Part shown: positions 1-6,582 of the stretch, piece after piece
Layout of the letters: each line of letters opens with the position of its first letter
How positions within the stretch are numbered: position 1 is the first letter of the stretch
Source: Promethearchaeota archaeon
Lineage (GTDB): Archaea > Asgardarchaeota > Thorarchaeia > Thorarchaeales > Thorarchaeaceae
Assembly: GCA_027031765.1 (NCBI GenBank)
Contig: JALVPN010000031.1
Location: 3,299-13,674 of the forward strand
DNA: 10,376 nt
Direction: 5' to 3'
Translations under genes and position numbers: made by a program
The notes under the pieces: model-generated
The model's database searches: none
What the model was told of the DNA's origin: nothing
What the model saw: only the letters and a program-made list of their open reading frames with translations

Positions 1-1
1 G

Positions 2-829
2 ATGAACCGGGTCTCGTCAGCCACGGCCACAGAGTTCATGTCCCGGGCAGGCGACATGCGCTGGGAGTACCCCTACGGGATAAGTTTCCCAGCGTTCTAC
101 GCGCTCATGGCGACACGCTACATGCACGAGTACGACCTGCCACACGAGGTCCTGTCCATGATATCGGTCAAGTCACACCACTACGGTGCGCAGAACCCAA
201 AAGCACATCTGGGACGAGAGGTCAGCCTCGAAGAGGCGAACAATGCCGTGCCGATTTGCCGGCCACTCAACCTATACGACTGTAGCCTCATAACAGACGG
301 GGCTGCTGCCGTTGTCCTCGCCGCCGAGGAGCGCGTCAAGGAGTTCACCGACCAGCCCGTCTGGATAAAGGGTATCGGTGCCGGTGCGTCCGCGATGATG
401 ATACAGGACAGGGAGTCGCTGACGTCAATCCCCGGGGCACGCCGTGCCGCAAAGGCCGCGTACGAGATGGCTGGCGTGGGGCCTGACGACATCGACATGG
501 CGGAGGTACACGACTGTTTCAGCATTGCAGAGCTGATAGCATACGAGGACCTCGGCTTCGCGGAGCCCGGGAAGGGCAGGCAGCTGATAGAGGACAGAGA
601 GGTGTACCATGACGGGAGGATACCCGTCAACTGCGACGGCGGCCTCAAGAGCAAGGGCCACCCACTTGGGGCCACGGGTCTCTCTATGACCTACGAGGTG
701 CTGAAGCAGATGCGTGGTGAGGCGGACAGGCCGTCGCGACAGATCAAGGATGTGCAGTACGGGCTCGTCCACAATGTTGGGCAGTCCGGACAGTTCGTGA
801 ACGTCATAATCTATGAGAGGGGATGGTAG
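2..829 (+). CDS. Thiolase family protein (SCP2-type/archaeal acetyl-CoA C-acyltransferase), C-terminal part; 5' end lies outside the window
   Basis: Translation contains EVHDCF, GGLKSKGHPLGATG and a C-terminal HNVG, all thiolase C-domain motifs. Only 275 aa are present versus about 390 for a typical thiolase, so the Met at position 2 is probably internal. The gene overlaps a DUF35 gene, the canonical partner. Confidence 0.93.
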   Translation: MNRVSSATATEFMSRAGDMRWEYPYGISFPAFYALMATRYMHEYDLPHEVLSMISVKSHHYGAQNPKAHLGREVSLEEANNAVPICRPLNLYDCSLITDGAAAVVLAAEERVKEFTDQPVWIKGIGAGASAMMIQDRESLTSIPGARRAAKAAYEMAGVGPDDIDMAEVHDCFSIAELIAYEDLGFAEPGKGRQLIEDREVYHDGRIPVNCDGGLKSKGHPLGATGLSMTYEVLKQMRGEADRPSRQIKDVQYGLVHNVGQSGQFVNVIIYERGW

Positions 830-1254
830 TAGTGACGGGCAAGGACAAGAAGGAGCTATACCTCGGATACACAACGGACAAGGCAGTGACGCCGTTCTTC
901 CAAGAGTTCCTTGAGAACCTGGAGCAGGAGCGCCTCATGAAGAGCGTCTGCAAGCGCTGCGGGGCCGAGTACCTCCCGCCGCGTCAGCACTGTCAGAAGT
1001 GCCTGAGCGAGTGCGGGCTGCAAGAGTTCACAGAGAGAGAGGCGGAGCTAAGGTCATACGTCATAGTCGACTTTGCACCCGAGAGCCTCACCTCACGTGC
1101 ACCCTACATCGTGGCAATTGGCGAGTTCCCCTCAGGACTCCGCCTCACAGCACACATCACGAATGCAATGAGCATGCCCCAAGTCGGCATGAAACTGAAA
1201 CTGGCGTTCGACCGCATAGACGAGAAGAAGATAACATACAAGTGGCTGGTATAG
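823..1254 (+). CDS. DUF35-type Zn-ribbon + OB-fold protein (thiolase partner, acyl-CoA binding)
   Basis: CKRC...PPRQHCQKC zinc ribbon is followed by an OB-fold segment (APYIVAIGEFPSGLRLTAHI; VGMKLKLAF). ATG at 823 overlaps the thiolase stop (TAG 827-829). Confidence 0.92.
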   Translation: MVVVTGKDKKELYLGYTTDKAVTPFFQEFLENLEQERLMKSVCKRCGAEYLPPRQHCQKCLSECGLQEFTEREAELRSYVIVDFAPESLTSRAPYIVAIGEFPSGLRLTAHITNAMSMPQVGMKLKLAFDRIDEKKITYKWLV

Positions 1255-1477
1255 CAGGTACCCGCGCACTCCACATGGGGGGCGGCAATACCACCGTGGC
1301 AACCCTCTGACCACTTTTCGGCCACCCCCGACCGACAGCGGGAATGTTCTCCAACACCCGACCCTCTTGCACCCACTCCCCGACATGCAGGCCTGTCCGG
1401 ACTACTCAGAACCGACCCAGTGGGGTGGACCTGTCAGCAGGTAACGCATCCGGTGTGGACACCTTGCGGGGCTCGGG

Positions 1478-1816
1478 TCACCACGTCCACAAATCACTGT
1501 TGCCTGTGCCCACTTCGAGCACACGCGCCCACATCGTACACATGGAAACCATGCGCAGTGTGTCGTGATATATCCTAGCACCTGTCCTGAAGTCGCACCC
1601 GTCCATAGCCTGGAGGGCCTGGTCGATTATCTCGGCAACGTCCTCAATCCTTCGACGACCGTCGTTGTGCTTGTACCCGATGAACGTCAGGTCCTCCCCG
1701 GACTCCCATGCCCTGAGGAACTGTTCCTGTTCCTCACGCAGCACATTGAACTCGAAGGACGAGAGCAACGCATCCCTCATGGACTCCAGTGATTTCCGCC
1801 ACGCATCGGTGTTCAT
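1478..1816 (-). CDS. Hypothetical protein, 112 aa, probably all-helical; paralog of 2033-2368
   Basis: Shares two colinear motif blocks with the neighbouring ORF (WxKSLxSMRxxLxS and RxRI...IDxA...GCD...ARxY...RxV). A TATA-like box lies 26-33 nt upstream. Confidence 0.8.
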   Translation of the reverse strand: MNTDAWRKSLESMRDALLSSFEFNVLREEQEQFLRAWESGEDLTFIGYKHNDGRRRIEDVAEIIDQALQAMDGCDFRTGARIYHDTLRMVSMCTMWARVLEVGTGNSDLWTW

Positions 1817-1841
1817 AGGTCCACATGAGGGGTCGCGGTCG

Positions 1842-1858
1842 TATTAATATCCTTCGAA
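1842..1858 (-). promoter_or_regulatory. Putative archaeal BRE/TATA promoter for the 1478-1816 gene (leaderless or very short leader)
   Basis: Minus strand reads TTCGAAGG-A-TATTAATA. The AT-rich box sits 26-33 nt upstream of the ATG at 1816 within otherwise GC-rich DNA. Confidence 0.5.
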
Positions 1859-2032
1859 ACAGTGTAGGGGACGTAGGTGTGAGAGTGATACGACTGGCTG
1901 GTGCAATGCGACCTGACTGGCACGACACGGCGCGGTGGAGTGTATCCCTGACACGTTGGGGTCCCGACAGACGCAGCCCCGTCCACTGGCTGTGACGAGG
2001 TATAGTGCCAATCACAGCCCGGCACGGTCGGG

Positions 2033-2368
2033 TCATCCCGGGCCAAGGCCACCAGCTGCTGCAGCAGCCCGCGAGTACCGGGCCACACGTCTGAACGCCT
2101 CTACGTACACCCTTGCAGCACGGTGCATGTCACAGCCCTCAATCTCTGCAATGGCCGAGTCTATCATCCGGATCAGAGTGCGGATCCGCTGGCGTTCGGA
2201 CTCGGAGAGTGGCGGCCGGGTCACGGTGGCATTGACTGCAGTTCCATCTACTGATGTCTTGACCCCCGGTACGCCCGTCCCCGTGTCTACTGCAAGTCGG
2301 CTCTCAAGGAAAGAGCGCATTGAGGACAGGGACTTTGTCCAGAGGCGCTTCCTCTCGTCCGGTTCCAT
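2033..2368 (-). CDS. Hypothetical protein, 111 aa; paralog of 1478-1816
   Basis: Same two motif blocks as 1478-1816 at nearly identical spacing (W to I: 52 vs 51 aa). An in-frame stop two codons upstream fixes the ATG at 2368. Confidence 0.75.
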   Translation of the reverse strand: MEPDERKRLWTKSLSSMRSFLESRLAVDTGTGVPGVKTSVDGTAVNATVTRPPLSESERQRIRTLIRMIDSAIAEIEGCDMHRAARVYVEAFRRVARYSRAAAAAGGLGPG

Positions 2369-2602
2369 CCTCTACACTTCATCCAGACAGAAAAGGGTCA
2401 CACTGGTGGACAGATAAGTGTTAGTACAACACGGGCTAGGACAGCGGGCGTGGGACACCATTGCGGGCGGCCCGGGCTGTCCAAGGTGCGGGGGGTTGCT
2501 GCACAGTCCACTCAGGGGAGGTGCATGTCAGCGGGCCATTCGAATGATTATTATTGTGGGTGTCGACGACGCCAACAGACAGACAACTGGAGTGGAGTGG
2601 CC

Positions 2603-3388
2603 ATGTCCGAAGAAGGAGTGCTATACGAAGTCAAGGATGGAGTTGTGACCATCACAATCAACAGGCCCAAGAAGTACAATGCGCTCAACATGGAGGTCGT
2701 GAGGACACTCCGTGAGCTGATGGAGCGTGCGGAGAAGGACAGCGGAGTACGCGTTGTGGTACTCACGGGCGCCGGTGACAAGGCCTTTGCGGCAGGCGCT
2801 GACATTACCGAGTTCAAGGACCGAGACTCGGAGACCGTGAGGCCCCTTGCGGAGAACGGACAGGAGCTGTGCAGGTATATCGAGTCCATGAGCAAACCAG
2901 TGATTGCAGCCATCAACGGCTTTGCACTAGGCGGTGGCTGCGAGGTCGCCATGGCATGCGACATCAGGTATGCGTCGGCAAACGCAAGACTCGGACAGCC
3001 AGAGATCAACCTCGGCATAATCCCAGGCTTCGGTGGCACGGTGAGACTGCCACGACTCGTTGGGCTCGGGAAGGCAAAAGAACTCGTGCTCACAGGCGAC
3101 CACATCAAGGCGGAAGAGGCACTGCGCATCGGCCTTGTGGAGCGTGTGTTCGACTCTGTCGAGGCCCTGCGCAAGGGCGTCATGGAGCTCGCAGAGAAGC
3201 TAGCAAAGAAGCCCGGTGTTGCTGTGAAGCTGGCCAAGCAGTCGTTGAACAACGCGTGGAGCATGCCGCTCAGCGAGAACCTGTCTTTCGAGGTCGACGT
3301 GTTCTGTCAGACCTTCGACACCGAGGACAAGGACGAGGGTGTGGACGCGTTCCTGAACAAGCGCGAGCCCCAGTTCAAGCACCGGTGA
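2603..3388 (+). CDS. Enoyl-CoA hydratase/isomerase (crotonase), 261 aa
   Basis: Motifs AFAAGADITEF, GFALGGGCE and QPEINLGIIPGFGGTVRLPRLVG are present, including both catalytic Glu. The start is reassigned from 2450 to ATG 2603 (MSEEGVLYEV), which is preceded by GGAGTGG. Confidence 0.96.
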   Translation: MSEEGVLYEVKDGVVTITINRPKKYNALNMEVVRTLRELMERAEKDSGVRVVVLTGAGDKAFAAGADITEFKDRDSETVRPLAENGQELCRYIESMSKPVIAAINGFALGGGCEVAMACDIRYASANARLGQPEINLGIIPGFGGTVRLPRLVGLGKAKELVLTGDHIKAEEALRIGLVERVFDSVEALRKGVMELAEKLAKKPGVAVKLAKQSLNNAWSMPLSENLSFEVDVFCQTFDTEDKDEGVDAFLNKREPQFKHR

Positions 3389-3433
3389 AACGCGGGTGTG
3401 GACGTGCAGTGGACGGGTAGCCCGGGGAGGACG

Positions 3434-4369
3434 CTACCCCTGCGAGAGGCGGACCCGTCCACCCTCCACATCCACGAGGCCCCGGGCCTGCAACCGCTCT
3501 ATGTGTTTCTGCAACATCATCTCCTCGAAGACGAGGTACGCAGGCTGAGGTATCCGTGGGTAGATGATGGGCACTGATGCCAGACGCTCCACAGTATCAT
3601 AGCCCCTAGCGACGTGTTCCAGTATACGGGCCTCGCGTTCCTCGAAGGCCCGACAGTAGCGTGTGAGGCGCCCGACAAGGTCGTCCGTGACGGGGTCAAG
3701 GAGGTGGCCACTGATGCCCACTCTGGGGGCGAGTGCAATGACCCGCTCTATGGACTCCTCAAAGGCGGCTATGTCGCTCACACGGTTGCCGTACCAGGGG
3801 CCGAACCGGGTCAGGTCGATGTCCACTAGGAACAGCATGTCTGTGCCGTCGATACCGAACACCGTGTGGTCCAGTGTGTGGCCGGGGGCATGCACTGGGA
3901 GCAGTTCGGTCTCGCCACAGTCGATTGGCCGGCCATCGGAGAAGTGACCTGTGACCTCATACTCGTCCATTGTGTGTGGCAGGTACTCCCGTATCAGGTG
4001 GCGCCACATCTCAAAGAGGCGGTGTCCGCGTGTCCCATAGTAGTCGACCATGCCCTCGAACGTCCGGACCCCCTTCTCAGCAAGCGGGTGACACAGGACC
4101 TCACAGTCAGACATTCGGTGGAGCTCGGCTGCATGGCCCTTGTGGTCTATGTGGAAGTGAGAGAGGACGATCATGTCGAGGTCTTCAGGGGTGTGGTCGA
4201 GCTCGTACAGTGCCCTCCGGATGTGGGCCATGGCAGCGCCGGCGTCGACCAGCACGAGGAGCTCGTCATCAATGAGCAGCGAGTTCGCCTCGGGAAACCG
4301 CGCCCGACGCGCCCCGCGTACGAGGTGTACGTGGTGTGCGACCTGTGTGCGCACCGGGTAGTCCGACAT
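3434..4369 (-). CDS. MBL-fold metallo-hydrolase with probable C-terminal winged-helix domain
   Basis: HFHIDH (HxHxDH) metal motif, HAPGHTLDH, downstream Asp (DIDL), and a C-terminal KHIERLQARGLV helix typical of this subfamily. Confidence 0.93.
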   Translation of the reverse strand: MSDYPVRTQVAHHVHLVRGARRARFPEANSLLIDDELLVLVDAGAAMAHIRRALYELDHTPEDLDMIVLSHFHIDHKGHAAELHRMSDCEVLCHPLAEKGVRTFEGMVDYYGTRGHRLFEMWRHLIREYLPHTMDEYEVTGHFSDGRPIDCGETELLPVHAPGHTLDHTVFGIDGTDMLFLVDIDLTRFGPWYGNRVSDIAAFEESIERVIALAPRVGISGHLLDPVTDDLVGRLTRYCRAFEEREARILEHVARGYDTVERLASVPIIYPRIPQPAYLVFEEMMLQKHIERLQARGLVDVEGGRVRLSQG

Positions 4370-4393
4370 CGATGGGGAGGGTACAGTGCGGCC

Positions 4394-4399
4394 TCATAA
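4394..4399 (-). promoter_or_regulatory. Possible TATA-like box for the MBL hydrolase gene
   Basis: Minus strand reads TTATGA at 25-30 nt upstream of ATG 4369. No SD precedes that ATG, which fits leaderless transcription. The match is weak. Confidence 0.3.
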
Positions 4400-4500
4400 C
4401 TCTGTGCCTGGGGCAAACAGTTGGCCCGGGACAATACGGTTCATAGTGGGAGTGATACCAGTAGTGTGAGGCGCCCAACAGTGGGAACAGTTAGCAGCAG

Positions 4501-4725
4501 GTGGTGGCAGTCTTTGACGTGGGGACGACCGGCATGTGGTCGGTGCTGATGGACGAGCAGGGCCGTGAACTGGAGCGCGCCTACGAGGAGTACCCACAGG
4601 GGCCATGGGGACTGAGCACGCATGAACAGCTCGCCGACACCTTCTGGCGCACCTCCGTGAACACCAGGCCCTTGCTCTTGCTGCTTGCCACATGGCACCC
4701 CGGCCATCAGGGCCCACTGTGGTGA
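4501..4725 (+). pseudogene. Truncated N-terminal remnant of an FGGY-family carbohydrate kinase (xylulokinase/glycerol kinase-like)
   Basis: VAVFDVGTTGMWSVLMDEQGRELERAYEEYP...EQLADTFW matches the FGGY N-terminal phosphate-1 motif (DxGTT...D..G......EYP...EQ....W). Similarity stops near codon 55 (about 4665), and I found no continuation in the three forward frames. Confidence 0.75.
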
Positions 4726-5005
4726 CAGCACTTTCCCGTCGGTACGGCACCTGCCACAGGTGCGGTGTCGTCCTACAGCCGGCCCACGACAGGATTCGTC
4801 GAGCCCCGTATTACACACACCCATATTCTGGTATTGCACCTGACAGTGAGCAGGTGATATGGTTGACTGGACCCGTGACTGCGTGCCCACCAGACAGATA
4901 CCTTGACGCATCCGGCAGGGCCATGCAGGATACGAGGGATTCAGACATCAGACATGCTGCCCCAGTGGCCGCAGTCCGGGCTCCAAGCAGTCCTGATAGC
5001 AAGAA

Positions 5006-5010
5006 GGAGG
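5006..5010 (+). promoter_or_regulatory. Shine-Dalgarno site for the RHH gene
   Basis: GGAGG at 5006-5010, 4 nt upstream of ATG 5015 and 7 nt upstream of ATG 5018. Confidence 0.6.
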
Positions 5011-5014
5011 AGTG

Positions 5015-5179
5015 ATGATGAAACTCGTGACACTACATGTCCCCGAGCAGTATATTGACGGGCTCGAGCAGCTTGTAGACCTGAAACTCTACCCGAACCG
5101 CAGCGAGGCAATAAGGATAGCAATAAGGGATCTACTGAAGCGCGAACTGTGGGGAGTACAGCAGGCCCAGGGACAGTGA
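5015..5179 (+). CDS. Ribbon-helix-helix (CopG/Arc/MetJ) transcriptional regulator, CdrS-like, 54 aa; absent from the ORF track
   Basis: Manual translation gives MMKLVTLHVPEQYIDGLEQLVDLKLYPNRSEAIRIAIRDLLKRELWGVQQAQGQ*. It has an alternating beta-strand (LVTLHVP), helix A, and the YPNRSEAIR.A.RDLL helix-B signature of archaeal RHH proteins, plus a strong SD. The start could be 5018. Confidence 0.92.
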   Translation: MMKLVTLHVPEQYIDGLEQLVDLKLYPNRSEAIRIAIRDLLKRELWGVQQAQGQ

Positions 5180-5423
5180 TGACTGCAGTCGTCGCAGCAG
5201 CAGTCCAGTGGCAGCCGCGGGCCCCTGTGCTGGGCCCCTCCTATCAATGGCCTGGGGTACCATGTCCCACGGGTGACCACAGGAACGGGATGTGGTGTGG
5301 TGCGACTGGGCATGGCATGGCGGGATACGAGGGGTCCTGCCACAGGACCATGACTGCGTGATGACCCGTGCAGCAAGCCACAGCGGCGGGGGTCACGGTG
5401 ACGACCGGGCACAGCCCACATCC

Positions 5424-5445
5424 GAGAAACCTTATTATCTAATAT
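5424..5445 (+). promoter_or_regulatory. Putative BRE/TATA promoter upstream of the Cys-motif paralog pair
   Basis: GAGAAAC-CTTATTATCTAATA: a purine-rich element followed by an AT-rich box in a GC-rich intergenic region. Confidence 0.5.
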
Positions 5446-5553
5446 GAACACTCCATTGAGATGCCAGAACGACACTGTGGAGCGTGCCATAGAGTAGACG
5501 CGCATAGCACAGGTCTGTTGGGGCTGGTCGGCCCCCATAGGAGTGCACAGGAC

Positions 5554-6477
5554 ATGGACATACGCCTAGTCAGGGGATGCCCCTGTTACAAGGAGTTCGG
5601 CAACGAGTGCGTATGTCTCAATGACGACGATGTGCGTCCTGTAAGGGTCATTGAACTGAACCCTTCGCTCCTCGGGGATGTGCGTGACCCGGCAGACCTC
5701 CAGGACCTGAGAAGTGACAGGGAGGACATGTGCTACCTGCTCACATTTCTCGACGACGACAGAAACATCCTTTACTGCATTAGCATGGGCCGACCGGTAA
5801 GCATTGACAGTAAGAATGTCAGGGCCTCGGATGTACGCACTGCACTCACATTCGTGACGACCGGTCAGACGCAGGACGGCAGGGTATGCTCGGCGTGCCT
5901 GTACAGGTACCTGGTCACACTTGGGAGTGCCATTGACGGCCTGCTGACGGAGTCTGAGAGGGTGGGACTCATCGAGGAATATGTCAGACGGCTGATGGTA
6001 CGCACCGCAGCGTGGCTGGGGCAGGGCTCTGAAGACATTGGTGATGACGACGATGCGTTCTGTACCTCCATTCGTGAGCACATAGAGGCACTCGGGAGAA
6101 TGAGCACCGAGTGGGTGTCGCGGATTGTGCGCGCGCGCATTGAGGGGGCACATGAAGAGGTCATCAGGCTCTATGGGTGTTATAGACGGCTGTGCAGACT
6201 GGAGTCGGTGTTCCTCAACCAAGTGTTAGCGCTCCGGACACAGGACAATAGGCGCGGCGCCATTGAGACCATGAGGTTCATGGCCGGGCTCACCGACAGG
6301 GTGCTCGAGCTGAACAGAGAAATTGACACGATTGCCGACTCGCTCACAAGGAAGGGACTGCTGACACCCGACAGCACCGACGAGATCATGGAGCATGAGC
6401 AGAGGCGCAGGGCTGCAGCTGACAGGTTCGCGAACATAGGCCTCCTGCTGGGCGAGATTGTCAATAGACCTACATAA
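5554..6477 (+). CDS. Hypothetical protein with RGCPCxKxFG motif and CxxC (paralog 1), 307 aa
   Basis: Long ORF with full-length similarity to 6583-7554. AGGAG at 5539-5543 supports ATG 5554 (MDIRLVRGCPC). An alternative start at 5461 would give 338 aa. The ORF ends in a double TAA TAA stop. Confidence 0.85.
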   Translation: MDIRLVRGCPCYKEFGNECVCLNDDDVRPVRVIELNPSLLGDVRDPADLQDLRSDREDMCYLLTFLDDDRNILYCISMGRPVSIDSKNVRASDVRTALTFVTTGQTQDGRVCSACLYRYLVTLGSAIDGLLTESERVGLIEEYVRRLMVRTAAWLGQGSEDIGDDDDAFCTSIREHIEALGRMSTEWVSRIVRARIEGAHEEVIRLYGCYRRLCRLESVFLNQVLALRTQDNRRGAIETMRFMAGLTDRVLELNREIDTIADSLTRKGLLTPDSTDEIMEHEQRRRAAADRFANIGLLLGEIVNRPT

Positions 6478-6582
6478 TAACCTCTATAACCTAGTGTAGC
6501 TTGAGTAAGTATAGAGAAGATTCGAAGTCCACCTGGCAGCTGATTCTGCCGTCAGCTGGACGAAGGACTGGAGCCAAGAGAG

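Noticed and set aside
1321-1420. Recurrent CCGAC words in the intergenic region after DUF35 (1328, 1332, 1358, 1380, 1412), possibly a repeat array or CRISPR
   Set aside because: The shared unit is only 5-6 nt with irregular spacing (30, 22, 32 nt), and there is no conserved 24-40 nt direct repeat.
1935-2417. 160-aa plus-strand ORF
   Set aside because: It is antisense to 2033-2368, which is validated by paralogy, and has no motif.
2450-2602. 51-aa N-terminal extension of the crotonase in the ORF track
   Set aside because: Family similarity starts at MSEEGVLYEV, which has an SD-like GGAGTGG. The extension covers an AT-rich promoter-like patch (TTATTATT near 2548-2555).
4692-5015. 107-aa plus-strand ORF whose TGA overlaps the RHH start (TGATG) and which contains CHRC
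   Set aside because: The stop/start overlap is suggestive, but there is no recognisable domain, the composition is P/A/R/S-rich as in spurious GC-rich ORFs, and it overlaps the FGGY remnant. Not supportable without homologs.
5180-5423. Long GC-rich intergenic stretch after the RHH gene, considered as a tRNA or ncRNA
   Set aside because: No cloverleaf, T-loop or recognisable RNA-family motif, and only short weak stems (such as TGACCC/GGGTCA) compatible with chance.
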